From Squalus acanthias (Eukaryota): DNA of 64,000 bases. Each line of letters begins with the position of its first letter. Positions within the stretch are counted from its first letter, which is position 1. The notes under the pieces are model-generated. The model was not told where the DNA came from. It saw only the letters and a program-made list of their open reading frames with translations, and did not search any database. Positions 11,801-23,178 of this stretch are shown here, piece after piece. The stretch is from positions 16,866,001 to 16,930,000 of the forward strand of contig CM059433.1 of assembly GCA_030390025.1 (NCBI GenBank), in the 5' to 3' direction. A program made the position numbers and the translations under genes.

Positions 11801-12826
11801 GCCTTTCCCTGCCCCAATATGCTGACGACCACGGTTATCAGCTGCCTTGAGCAGGTATTTGCTTTCTGTGGCATGGCATCCTATGTTCATTCGGATCGGG
11901 GCCCTTCTTTTATGTCAGGAGAACTCAAGGCCTATCTCTCGGAACGGGGTATTGCTGCCAGCAGAACGACGCCTTATCATCCGGTCGGGAATGGGCAAGT
12001 CGAGCGTTTTAACGCTATCATCTGGAATGCGGTACGTCTGGCTTTGAGATCTCGGGGCCTACCCAACCAGCAATGGGAAGCAGTACTTCCAGACGCATTA
12101 CACTCCACACGGTCCCTCCTTTCGACCGCCACAAATACGACGCCTCATGAACGGTTCTTCCGATTTCAGCATCGCTCATCCTATGGGATATCTCTCCCGT
12201 CGTGGCTGACTACACCGGGACCAGTGCTACTCCGAAGATATGTCCGGGCGTCTAAGAATGACCCTCTGGTAGATGAAGTTGAGCTCACTGACGTCAACCC
12301 TACCTACGCCTATATTCGGTATCCTGACGGTCGGGAATCTACCGTGTCATTGCGGGATCTGGCTCCCTGCCCGCCGAAACATAGAGGGACACCAGGGGAT
12401 GATATTGTACCAGGCACATCTCTGGGCTCGCCAGGTGCCTCTCATCACGATCTGGATCTGACGCCGGCTGGTACCTCACTCCAGCGTGCCGACCTGGGGC
12501 AGACTGACTATGAGCCCGTCGGGGCTCGCACGCGCAGCCACGATCCACCCCGTACCGTACGCTCGGAAACGGATCTGCCACAGCCCTGCCCGACACCCGT
12601 TCGGGCACCAGTACACAGTCAGGATCGTCCTGACCCCTCACAGAGCGGGCTGGATCACTCGGACTCTGGCCCGCGGCGGGTAAACGGGCTAGGGGCCCTC
12701 TACCGCTACGAGAACCCAAACGGGTGCGGCTCTCCCTCGTCCAGCGGCTACGAAATGGAGGGAGCATCCCGGCCTCCTAATCTTTGGGGGGGGGAGAATG
12801 TGGTAACACAATACAGCTTCCTGTGA
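8831..12826 (+). CDS. Gag-Pol polyprotein (1331 aa): Gag with two CCHC knuckles, aspartic protease, RT, RNase H, integrase
   Basis: CFFCGDEFHPRKFC and CSHCNKKGHFAKVC knuckles. Protease LIDSGS. RT motifs DAYPLPRIDD, DLKSAYHQ, LPFG, YLDN. RNase H CDAS...EKEA...TDQ. Integrase HDGLCH...CRVC, IDFKGP, SDRG, VERFN. The PR-RT-RH-IN order is Ty3/Gypsy. Confidence 0.97.
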   Translation: MENILKPLRLDLDPNTPAAGKVWKHWYRTFDNFLEYCKADDDSKLRILINCVTPNVFQYVEEWGSYKEAIRTLKRLYTKTPNEVYARHLLATAQQGPEESIDKFLQELRRLSMDCNFRAASAELYREEMIRDAFICGLASPFIRQRLLESKTLELQRAYDMACSLDLAKRNADLYTVPRPRSIALTTVRQFKRPQVNSIREVFIPDDQSDDFTDEEDDDPTVAASWQSKKCFFCGDEFHPRKFCPARNAFCSHCNKKGHFAKVCLSRASTRAYQAKSYRTAPVRADQDVPANIYRASFRVSSRRNTPRVSATLCATTPITAACPQNLFHAATKASINGHTLDALIDSGSTDSFIREQIVAELKLHVFPSDQAVAMAQSSLNTRISGFCMVEITLNGHRYPSTRLSVLKDLCSDLILGLDFQKQHKKLTIEFGGSKPELTFSNIRPRLPFCALSAASLDEPSLFTSIPPRCKPIITKSRRFSQEDQSFIAAEISRLLAEDIIEPCSLPWRAQVVIVKNPLQPHKKRLCIDYSQTINQYTDLDAYPLPRIDDMVNKLAEYTVFSTYDLKSAYHQVPLKVSDKQYTAFEANGRLYQFRRLPFGVTNGVAVFQRAMDDLVKQEDLKDTFPYLDNITVAGRNQREHDANLQRFWDALQHRNLTLNAAKSIESQPTINILGYCVGNGIIKPDPERLRPLQELPPPKNPASLRQALGLFAYYAKWIPNFSDRIQPLLKASTFPLDTAAVAAFNLLKKQLEKAALHSIDESLPFVVECDASEVAISATLNQEGRPVAFLSRTFQGAELHYPPVEKEATAIIEAVRKWSHLLARQHFTLITDQRSVAFMLDNRKRTKIKNNKIQLWRLELASFGYTIHYRPGKENVAPDTLTRAFCSAMAPSTLVDIHDGLCHPGVTRMLHFVRSRNLPFSTGDVKKMCSDCRVCAELKPQFFRPSGGILIHATQPMQRLSIDFKGPLPSSTRNTYLLTMVDEYSRFPFAFPCPNMLTTTVISCLEQVFAFCGMASYVHSDRGPSFMSGELKAYLSERGIAASRTTPYHPVGNGQVERFNAIIWNAVRLALRSRGLPNQQWEAVLPDALHSTRSLLSTATNTTPHERFFRFQHRSSYGISLPSWLTTPGPVLLRRYVRASKNDPLVDEVELTDVNPTYAYIRYPDGRESTVSLRDLAPCPPKHRGTPGDDIVPGTSLGSPGASHHDLDLTPAGTSLQRADLGQTDYEPVGARTRSHDPPRTVRSETDLPQPCPTPVRAPVHSQDRPDPSQSGLDHSDSGPRRVNGLGALYRYENPNGCGSPSSSGYEMEGASRPPNLWGGENVVTQYSFL
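12786..12798 (+). promoter_or_regulatory. Polypurine tract (plus-strand primer)
   Basis: GGGGGGGGGAGAA directly abuts the TG of the 3' LTR. Confidence 0.9.
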
Positions 12827-12992
12827 CTCGAACTTTATTGCATAACTTCCTGTGATTAGTCCAGGATAAATACTGGACTGATCAGTTGGATCCTGGAGAG
12901 GCATAGAGTAAGACCTCTTTTGTATGTAGCACCTTTTTAGTTGATTAAAGCTTACTTTAAGTTCACCACGCGTAAGGCTCATTCTTACGACA
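12799..12992 (+). repeat. 3' LTR (194 bp)
   Basis: Direct repeat of 8559-8752 at offset 4240. Confidence 0.97.
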
Positions 12993-13377
12993 GGTACAAT
13001 TGAAACTTATTTGGGCCATCGTAACTCATCCATCCAGAATGAAAGGCATACATTTCCCCCATTACGCTATTTAACTGACATCAAATGAGTCTAAGATTGT
13101 TGTCTTCACTAAACTACCCAGAAACTATTCCAAATGTTGATCATTGTTGGTGATGTTTTTACTGGCATCTGTACTAAACTTCTACCAGTTTCAACCTCTT
13201 AGCTCCTTTGTTCTAGTGCATGGCAAATTCTGAAGTAATGTTCTGGTTTTAACCATAACTATGTCATTACATGTCCTGTATATTTCTCTGGAGTCCCATC
13301 AGTGCTGAAGAGTCTCGCTTTAACCAGTCTTTCCTCATAATGGAATCCTTTGATGACAGGGATCAGCCTCCTGGCTC

Positions 13378-14590
13378 TTTTTTATTATTATTCGCTTATG
13401 GGATCTGGGCGTCGCTGGCAAGACCAGCATTTATTGCCCATCCCTAGTTGCCCTTGAGAAGGTGGTGGTGAACCACCTTCTTGAACCAGCTGCAGTCTGT
13501 GTGGTGAAGGTACTCCCACAGTGCTGTTAGGTAGGGAGTTCCAGGATTTTGAATCAGCGATATACTAAGTTAGGATGGTGTGTGACTTGGAGGGGAACTT
13601 GGAGGTGGTGGTGTTCCCATGCGCCTGCTGCCCTTGTCCTTCTAGGTGGAAGAGGTCGCGGGTTTGGGAGGTGCTGCCGAAGAAGCCTTGGCGAGTTGCT
13701 GCAGTGCATCTTGTAGATGGTACACACTGCAGCCACGGTATGCCGGTGGTGGAGGGAGTGAATGTGTAAGGTGGTGGATGGGGTGCCAATCAAATGGGCT
13801 GCTTTGTCCTGGATGGTGTCGAGCTTCTTGAGTATTGTTGGAGCGGCACTCATCCAGGCAAGTGGAGAGTATTCCATCACACTCCTTACTTGTGCCTTGT
13901 AGATGGTGGAAAGGCTTTGGGGAGTCAGGAGGTGAGACACTCGCCGCAGAATACCTAGCCTCTGACCTGCTCTTGTTGCCACAGTATTTATGTGGCTGGT
14001 TCAGTTAAGTTTCTGGTCAATGGTGACCCCCAGGATGTGGATGGTGGGGGATTCGACAATGGTAATGCCGTTGAATGTCAAGGGGAGGTGGTTAGACTCT
14101 CGCTTGTTGGAGATAATCATTGCCTGGCACTTCTGTGGCGCGAATGTTACCTGCCACTTATCAGCCCAAGCCTCTACGTCATCCAGGTCTTGTTGCATGC
14201 GGACATGGACTGCTTCATTATCTGAGGAGTTGTGAATGGCGCTGAACACTCTGCAGTCATCAGCGAACATCCCCATTTCTGACCTTATGTTGGAGGGAAG
14301 GTCATTGATGAAGCAGCTGAAGATGGTTGGGCCTAGGACACTGCCCTGAGGAACTCCTGCAGCGATGTCCTGGGGCTGTGATAATTGATCTTCAACCACC
14401 ACAACCATCTTCCTTTGTGCTAGGTATGACTCCAGCCAGTGGAGCGTTTTCCTCCTGATTCCCATTGACTTCAGTTTTACTAGGGCTCCTTGATGCCACA
14501 CTCAGTCAAATGCTGCCTTGATGTCAAGGGCAGTCACTCTCACCTCACCTCTGGTATTCAGTTCCTTTGTCCATGTTTGGACCAAGGCTG
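13378..14590 (-). mobile_element. Non-LTR retrotransposon (second CR1-group family), RT and 3' end
   Basis: Minus-strand ORFs with GVPQGSVLGPTIFSCFINDLP, MFADDC and YKAQVRSVMEYS. A-rich (AAT)n tail at about 13380. Confidence 0.85.
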
Positions 14591-14690
14591 CACTGGCACT
14601 GTAGCTTGAATGTTTCCCTCTTTGCACTGCCTCTATAGCTTGAATGTTTCCTTCTTCTCTGCACTGCCTCTATAGCTTGAATGTTTCCCT
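14588..14690. repeat. Short tandem repeat, about 35-37 bp x 3
   Basis: Three imperfect copies of TGCACTGCCTCTATAGCTTGAATGTTTCC at the truncated 5' junction of the LINE. Confidence 0.75.
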
Positions 14691-15740
14691 TGTAAGCAAA
14701 ACAGAGTACAGAGCTCAACATGCAATCTGACCAGGACACTATACAGTTTAAGCATGACATCTTATGACTTGTACTGAACTGAGCTCGTATTATGTATCCT
14801 ATTTGCTTTGTTTGTTGCTGCTCCACTGTTAAGTTCTGAACCTATTATCATATTTCTGCTTCACCTTTAGCTATTTCTACACCATCCATAGTATGTATGT
14901 GATATCCATTTTTTCTGCCATTGTGTAATACCTTGCACTTACCTGTATTGAATTTCATCTGCCACTGATTTGCCCAATTGCATTTGATTTGTCTAACTCC
15001 ATTTTTTGGTCCTTGGCTGCTTTGCCAAGCTCTGGATGTTTTGCTGATCCAAGTATAGTATCACATGCAAATTTGCATTGGATAATTTACTGAACTGTTT
15101 AATCTACAGAATTGCATGAAAATGTTTGGGGTTGTAAAGCAAATAAAAACCATGCAGTATCTACATGTTTTCATTTACAGTTTTACATGGGTAAAAGCCA
15201 AACAGTTTAGGATCTGTCTGGACCACATGCATATCAGTGTTATAATTGCATACTATTCCAGAAGTTAAGGATCGGATTTTTTTTTAATTACATACTTAAC
15301 ATTTTTAGATTAGTTATAACCTCATTGGAAACTAAACAATCTGGTCACCCTGTCTTTGACATAATTTCAGCATGAAAGTTTCAGAATGCAGTGCCTTTGG
15401 AATTAGAATATAAATACACATCAAACTTTAACATCAAAAGCAGAGAAAACCATCCTGCAATAGCAACAATGAATCTGAAATCTTTAATCTAAAGTATTTG
15501 TTTAATTCCTAGTGCCCCTATTTTTCATATGATGTGACCAATAACACAAATAGCTCTATTTCAGAGCCAGACTGCCCTTTGGGTGTGTGACCTATTTCAT
15601 TACCAAATCCGTTAATTATTGTTGAAAACTATTGAGTGAATTTAGTATTTAGCCACATGAAGCTTTAGCATAAAATTAATGTCTATACTATGACCACATT
15701 GTGTATATAAAAAGTATTTAAAATCCTTTGTTTGAAATAG

Positions 15741-15844
15741 ATTTCAGGAAGAGAGCAAGGAAAATAAAATTATTGGGGAAGACTGTGAGGTGGTAGTGAA
15801 AAAGAGGAAGAAGGATCACTTCAACAACAACACAAAGACGCAAT
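15741..15844 (+). CDS. FBXO25: F-box only protein 25, first coding exon visible in the window (104 bp)
   Basis: Bounded by tttgaaatAG and GTaagg. Reads FQEESKENKIIGEDCEVVVKKRKKDHFNNNTKTQ, with the KKRKKD basic motif of the FBXO25/FBXO32 family. Its phase-1 end joins the next exon in frame. Confidence 0.9.
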
Positions 15845-16032
15845 GTAAGGTTTTTAATAATCACTTATTTTAAAGTGAATGGTAAATATTTCAGGCTAAA
15901 TTATTTGACACTTTTAGTTATGGAAAAACTTGTAAATTATCTTACCTGTGTTGATTAGTACAGTAATCAAATTACTCTGTTAATTCTATCATAATAGAAT
16001 TTCATGATTACAGAACTACATGGTTTACCTCA

Positions 16033-16972
16033 TCAGTTCTACCTCACCACCACTTCTCTCGACCCCTCCACAGTCTCTAAATTGCTTGTCCGACATCCAG
16101 TTCTGGATGAGCAGAAATTTTCTCCAATTAAATATTGGGAAGACCGAAGCCATTGTTTTCGGTCCTCGCCACAAACTCCGTTCCCTAGCCACTGACTCCA
16201 TCCCTCTCCCTAACATTTGTCTGAGGTTGAACCACACTGTTCGCAACCTTGGTGTCATATTTGACCCTGAAATGAGCTTCCGACCGCATATCCGCAGCAT
16301 AACCAAGACCGCCTTTTCCACCTCCGTAACATCTCCCATCTCCGTCCTTGCCTCAGCTCATCCACTGCTGAAACCCTCATCCATGCCTTTGTTACCTCTA
16401 GACTTGACTATTCCAACGCACTCCTGGCTGACCTCTCACGTTCTACCCTACGTAAACTTGAGGTCATCCAAAACTCGGCTGCCCTTGTCCTAACTCGCAC
16501 CAAGTCCTCTTCACCCATCAGCCCTGTGCTCGCTGACCTACATTTGCTCCCGGTTAAGCAACGACTCGACTTCAGAATTCTCATCCTTGTTTTCAAATCC
16601 CTCCATTGCCTCGCCCCTCCCTATCTCTGTAATCTCCTCCAGCTCCACAGCCTCCCCGAGATATCTGCGCTCCTCTAATTCTGCCGGCTTGAACATCCCT
16701 GATTATAATCGTTCAACCATTGGTGGCTGTGCCTTCTGTTGCCTAGTCCCTAAGCTCTGGAATTCCCTGCCTAAACCTCTCCGCCTCGCTACCTTTCTTT
16801 CCTCCTTTAAGACGCTCCTTAAAACCTGCCTCTTTGACCAAGCTTTTGCTTATCTGCCCTAATTTCTCCTTGTGTGGCTCGGTGTCAAATGTTTTGTCTT
16901 AATACTCCTGTGAAGCGCATTGGGACATTTTATTATGTTGAAGGCGCTATATAAATACAAGTTGTTGTTGTT
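16033..16972 (+). mobile_element. L2 LINE 3' fragment
   Basis: WMSRNFLQLNIGKTEAIVFG, VRNLGVIFD and KLWNSLP motifs. Tail GGCGCTATATAAATACAAG(TTG)n. Confidence 0.9.
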
Positions 16973-17665
16973 TAATGCCAGATGCAGGAATATTTTTACA
17001 TGCAAAGTTGCACATTTTAAAAAAAATACATGCATGTGTATTTTGTCTTAAGAAAATAGAATACTGAGTGCTCTTATCACTGCAGGGATCTCATTTTCCT
17101 GATTTTTATTTTCCCCCTGAATTCCTGTTGGAAATATAAATATGGAAAAGGAGATTATTTGGTTAATTATAGAAACGGTTGTGTCTGTTAAACACCCAAG
17201 TTAGTGTGGTGATGTAATGGCTGCTTTTATTTCAGACTCTCTGGAACATTCTCTCTCTGGATATAACAAACAGATCCTAAAGTGTAATTGCTATAGGATG
17301 CTTGCTCCCATTAAGGGGCCCTCTGGTGTTCAGTTTACAATATAAAAGTGCAATACATATAACGCCCCCACAAGCGCCCCCCCCCCCTCAGAATTCCAAG
17401 GTGACAATAACCATCTCCAAGAATGAGCCTGATTAGCAACAACTACGTCATCATAATATAGTCATTTTTAAAAAAAACCATAGCGCACTCCTGGTAATGC
17501 GCAGGAAAGATGGGCGATGCTAACACTAGAACCATAATGAAAACCACTAGTGTCATAATTATCTACAAGTCCAAATGATTTTGAGGTTTCTTTGACCTTT
17601 GAGGATTTGTTTGAGTAGTTTTGACAACGGGCAAGCTGAAATTCGTAAAGGGAGCAGTAAATTGT

Positions 17666-20600
17666 GGGGTTAAATTGGATAACACCCGAAAATTGGCGCA
17701 GAGATTAACCCGCGCCCGTTCACTGCGATGCAGGCAGTACGTCCAATTCGTACTGCCTGCTGTTTTAAATGATTGCTGCATGCAGCCAGCGCCCCCCGTG
17801 TTGTTCATTGGCTGCATGCATCAGTAAGGAGCCCAATATCGCGAGTGCCTAGCCTTACTTAAAGGTAGCCTGCACCTCTTAAGGAGAGATGCATTGTTGC
17901 TGGAATAGGTGCTGGAAGTCATTTCAGAAGTGAATCTGTCCTGTGAAAAAGTGAAGAATGGCTGACCATGGTAGAATGCATGCACCAAGGTTTTCTGATA
18001 ATGCGCTGGAGACTTTGGTGGAATGGAGGAGAGATGTCATGTATCCGCAAGGGGACAGGAGGCCCTCCAGACACGTGCTCAGGAGGCAGTGGGAAGAAAT
18101 AGTGGTGGAATTCAATGCCAGAAGTGTTGCTCCTTGAACAGGAAGAAGTTTAATGATCTCACACGAATTGTCATGGTGAGTGAGTTCATCTTCAAAAGGC
18201 ATATCCTACCAAGTGCACCACTAGCCTCATCCACTGCTCAATTCACTACACCCCTTCACTCACCTACCACCAATCTCTATCAGGACTCAACCCTTACATT
18301 TATATGTTTTATCTCACCCTCACACACTTTGCACTGCTGCAAGCCTCACACCCACATCTCACAGCTGGAACACACTGTTAGCTATTCAGTCATGACAGCT
18401 ACATCTCCCAAACATATTGCACGACACTCACTGACACACTTCGCTCTTTCTTGAAGGAGAAGGTGACACAACAAGAGGCAGCAGGGAAGAACTAGAGGGG
18501 GACATGTTTTAAACCCCACAGAGAGACAGTGCATGGGAAGGGGCATAGCTGAGGCTGTGTCTGCTGAAGCGATTGATGATGGGGGTATCCACATACCTCA
18601 TCGCACTGCCCCCTCATCCCTCAATCTCTTCTGACTTAAGAAGCTGCACTTCTCACTTTCTCCTCGCCCCTTGCCACAAATCAACCCTCGTCTCTTTTTC
18701 ATTTAAGCTAAGAATTGGAACCTGCCCAGTCAGTGCAGGAAATGGGAAGAAGAAAGTGAAAATGAACAGACACCGTTACTCGACCTTACAGTCACGGCCA
18801 CCAGCTCAGATACTAATATTGCGTATATTTTAGAGGCTAGGATAGAGGAGGAATCTGCACATGGTGAGACACCAGGCACAATTGTGCAAGAGCCAGGCCT
18901 GCGGGGGTGGGGGGTGCGGGGAAGAATAGCGCAGGTGCCAGCTTGCCAGAGGGTGAGTTCGCACACTAGTTCTGCTGCTGAGGACTTCGATGGGCTAGGT
19001 GACAGAAGAAGGCTGATGTGTGTACACACCCAAGTGCTTGGTGCACTGGAAATCCTGCGTACAATGTCAAGGAGCATGGAGGAGTCCAGCAACAACTTGG
19101 CACAGAACATTTCGCAGAACTTGGAGCCCATCCTTTCCACCATGGAACGGGTGGTCACCTCCATCAGCACACCTGTGGAACCCAGCACGATGCAGCATCT
19201 GATGGCTGATGTCTCAGCTTCCATTGCAGAACAAGCAGCTTCCACCAAAGATGATTGCTGCAGTGGAAGCTCAGACTGCTGCCATCATGGCTCTGGATAC
19301 CAGTGTTTAATGGGACTTCTGGGGCATCACAGTCTATCAATCTGTTCTCTTAACGGATTACTAGGATTGCTGAGGCACCACCCCAGGAGAGTGGCCGTGG
19401 CTCCATGGAGTACGAACCTGCTATCCTCTCAGAATGATAGCATTCGTGCTGCCACTCTGCCAGTGCCCTTGCTGTTGCCTGTCAGCCAACCAGCCCAGGT
19501 GCAGACTGAAGCTGGTCCTTCTAGGCCCAGAGCTGCTCGAGGTTGCCCTCCAAGGCCATCTGCAGTCTCCTCAATTGAAGGTCAGCAGCTTTCCACCACC
19601 CATGCTGCAGCCACTGGGGAAGCCCCTTGTAGGAGCACTAGGAGATGCAAAAGCACACGGAAGAGACACTAAGGGAATGCACAACGCACTTAGTTTATTT
19701 CTGTATGCATTATGTCATGATTTGATTTATAAATTTCGATGGAATATGCATTTTCTGGTGGCTTTTTATTTTTGTGTTGTCGGAAAGAGGATGATGTGAT
19801 GGTCAGTGATAAAGGAAAGGTAAGCAGTGTGGGACTGTTGGTGAATGGGGAGTTGTGGTTACTGGTATCGCTCATGAATTATTTGATCACGTAGAGCCTG
19901 GGCAGGAAGGGGCTGTCTACGTCATCGTCTTTACCACTGCCTGTGGTCGCACACCAGCTGTAAATTGAGGGAGTGAAGTCCCTTTCGGTTCAGGAAAATG
20001 GCAGTGTTCACATGAAGCACATGCAAAGCAATGTGTGTGCAGTAACTGATACCATGCGGCAACCTGCAATCCGAGCAAGCTCTCGTGCTCGCTCCGCCTG
20101 CTTGTCTCTGGCAAGAGGGAATGAGATGAAGCTGTCTCTCTTTATATAGAGAGCCTCAGTGACCTCCCTTGTGCACCAGTGTATTGCAAACTACGAGATA
20201 TTGCTTATAGCTCCAGCAGCAGCCTGGAAGGAGCCAGACACATGAAAGTTAAGAGACACGGTCACCTTGACAGCCACGGGCAATGCAGTCTCCCTGCTCT
20301 GAGGCTGCAATTGTGGCTGCAGCAGTTGGCAGATTTCAGTCACGACCTCTTTAGTGAAGTGCAGATGTTTCAAGCATTGGTCATCACTGAAGTTGAGGTA
20401 AGAGAATTGCTCCCTCAAGACACTCAGTGAATATGGCTTCCTGTTGAGAGCCCTTCTCCCCCTCCTCCTTCTCCATCTTTTAGCAGCTTGTCGTGCTTTC
20501 CGTGGCCCCTCTTCATTCTCCCAATCATGCACAATTCCAAGAGGAAGGCATCCAAACCACCCATGTCTGGAAGCAACTTGTTTCAGCACAAGCCTTTAAA

Positions 20601-22420
20601 TCACTGAAAAAGTACTTCAGCAGCAGCCAGATCACACCCTGTAGACTATTGAAACTTTAGACAAGTATCGAAAAGCTCCAAAAATGCGTAGAATTGCACC
20701 AACAGATAGAACAACAACAACGACAACTTGTATTTATATAGCGCCTTTAACGTAGTAAAACGTCCCAAGGCGCTGCACAGGAGTATTATAAGACAAAAAA
20801 TTTGACACCGAGCCACATAAGGATAAATTAGGGCAGGTGACCAAAAGCTTGGTCAAAGAGGTAGGTTTTAAGGAGCGTCTTAAAGGAGGAAAGAGAGGTT
20901 TAGGCAGGGAATTCCAGAGCTTAGGGCCTGGACAACAGAAAGCACGGCCACCAAAGGTTGAGCGATTATAATCAGGGATGCTCAAGAGGGCAGAATTAAA
21001 GGAGCGCAGATATCTCTGGGGGTTGTGGGGCTGAAGGAGATTACAGAGCTAGGAAGGGGTGAGGCCGTGGAGGGATTTGAAAACAAGAATGAGAATTTTG
21101 AAATCGAGGCGCTGCTTAACCGGGAGCTAATGTAGGTCAGCGAGCACAGGGGAGATGGGCGAACGGGACTTGGTGCGAGTTAGGACACGGGCAGCCGAGT
21201 TTTAGATGACCTCAAGTTTACGTAGGGTGGAATGTGGGAGGCCAGCCAGCGTTCGAATAGTCAGGTCTAGAGGTAACAAAGGCATGGATGAGGGCTTCAG
21301 CAGCGGATGAGCTGAGGCAAGGACGGAGACAGGCGATATTACGGAGGTGGAAGTAGGCGATCTTTGTTATGCTGCGGATATGTGGTCGGAAGTTCATTTC
21401 AGGTTCAAATATGACACCAAGGTTGCGAACAGTGTGGTTCAGCCTCAGATAGATGTTAGGAAGAGGGATGGAGTCAGTGGCTAGGGAACGGAGTTTGTGG
21501 CGGGGACCAAAAACAATGGCTTCGGTCTTTCCAATATTTAATTGGAGAAAATTTTTGCTCATCCAGAACTGTATGTTGGACAAGCAGTCTGACAATTTAG
21601 ACACCGTGGAGGGGTCGAGAGAAGAGGTAGTGAGGTAGAGCTGGGTGTCGTCAGCGTACATGGGAAAACTGACGCTGTGTTTTCGGATGATGTCACCAAG
21701 GGGCGACATGTAGATGAGAAATAGGAGGGGGCCAAGATAGATCCTTGGGGGACACCAGAGGTAACAATGTGGGAGCGGGAAGAGAAGCCATTGCAGGTGA
21801 TTCTCTGGTTACAGTTAGATAGATAAGAATGGAACCAGGCGAGTGCAGTCCCACCCAGCTGGACGACAGTGGAGTGACGTTAGAGAAGGATGGAGTGGTC
21901 AACCATGTCAAAGGCTGCAGACAAGTCAAGAAGGACGAGGAGGGATAGTTTACCTTTGTCACAGTCACAAAGAGTGTCATTTGTGACTTTGATGAGAGCC
22001 GTTTCGGTACTGTGGCAAGGGCAGAAACCTGATTGGAAACCTGAGAAGAAATAATCCAGCAACTAACCTGCAAGTAAGTAGTTCATGATCCCTTTAAGTA
22101 GCACTGGTGGGGGGTCCTTCATGCTGTTTAACATCATGTTCAACTGTGCGAGGTTAAGACAGGACGTAGGCTGGTCCCTGTTGGGAGAGGTAATTAATTG
22201 CAGTGCTAGCCAGCAAAATGGCGTGCAGCCTCTTTAATGAGCGTTAGCAGCCAATTTAGTTGTTGGCCTCCAGGTGGCTGTTCCTAGTGAACGCTTCAAC
22301 TCCTTTACCAAGATGGCGTCTTGTGCTGAAAGCGGGCTAAACCGGCATTGCAGCTCAAGACACCATCTCGGCCACCTCGGAGGCTCTTTAGCACCTAAAG
22401 TATCCAGGGAAAATCGCCCT
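17666..22420. mobile_element. Decayed PIF/Harbinger transposon (Myb/SANT-like gene on +, transposase remnant on -), interrupted by an L2
   Basis: From 17958 (+): MADHGRMHAPRFSDNALETLV...RRQWEEIVVEFNARS...KKFNDL then a GTGAGT donor. At 20191-20589 (-): QCLKHLHFTKEVVTEICQLL...[26 protein letters not shown]1-like. Ends are approximate. Confidence 0.75.
20710..22040 (-). mobile_element. L2 LINE fragment nested in the Harbinger element
   Basis: [32 protein letters not shown] and MYADDTQLY motifs. (CAA)n tail at 20710. Confidence 0.9.
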
Positions 22421-23040
22421 CCCCAGGTGTTTTCTCACTGAAAGGAAGGAAAAGTAACATGCTTACAGCAGCTGATATTTTTGGCTGATGATATTGCTTC
22501 AGGAGCCAGTGGAAGCCTTGGAGCAGGCTACATGCTTCTCAGCTGTAATTGATGCAAGAAGATTGTTAGATAGGTGTGGAACAATATGAATAACTCTTGA
22601 AAGAGCGATTCTCAGCCTTGATATTTTATTTGTAAGAAAACTATTCTGAGCAATAGGTAATCTCTTTAGTAGATATGAGGGGCAGGGAGTCAAAAATGGA
22701 AGCATGATGAGAATGGGGAAACTAGGTTGAGGTTTGAAAGCAAGCTCCAACCCTGAGGTAGAATATATACATTCTTTTACCAGGACTAAACACACAAAAT
22801 GCTATAATTGAATATATTACAGGTTAAGTTCCATGCAAAGAGCAACAAAGTTATGAAAATGGAGGCACAATCTATAATTTGATCTTTTAAGACACCCAGT
22901 AAGCAGATACAGCAGAAGTTAATACACCAGATACTGTACTGCAAGTGTCAGCCATTGTATCAGCTTATATTAATGTCACATCATCCAATTATGAACTTCA
23001 GAATACTTTGGAAAAAGTATTTATATTTCATGTTTTTCAG

Positions 23041-23090
23041 ACTTCTATCAGGAAAAGTGGATCTATGTTCATAAAGGGAGCACCAGAGAA
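23041..23090 (+). CDS. FBXO25: FBXO25 coding exon (50 bp)
   Basis: ttttcAG / GTagg boundaries. Reads (Y)FYQEKWIYVHKGSTRE. Confidence 0.95.
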
Positions 23091-23178
23091 GTAGGTTATC
23101 TTGCTGTGTAATCTTCATAGTAATTTTCTTTTTAATTTTATCCCTGTTTTAAATCTTCTGGCTTTACTTTATTTGTAG

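Larger units (their letters stand above)
8559..12992 (+). mobile_element. Full-length Ty3/Gypsy LTR retrotransposon (Mag/SURL-like architecture), 4434 bp
   Basis: TG...CA LTRs at 8559-8752 and 12799-12992. 5-bp TSD GGTAC at 8554-8558 and 12993-12997. Polypurine tract before the 3' LTR. Intact gag-pol ORF. Confidence 0.97.

Noticed and set aside
15742..15747. Alternative acceptor TTTCAG 7 nt inside the exon
   Set aside because: It would shift the frame relative to the 104-bp exon. No supporting evidence.
18884..19672. Novel 262-aa host gene
   Set aside because: It has no ATG start, is low in complexity and lies inside the Harbinger fossil. It is best read as the decayed last exon of the Myb-like gene.
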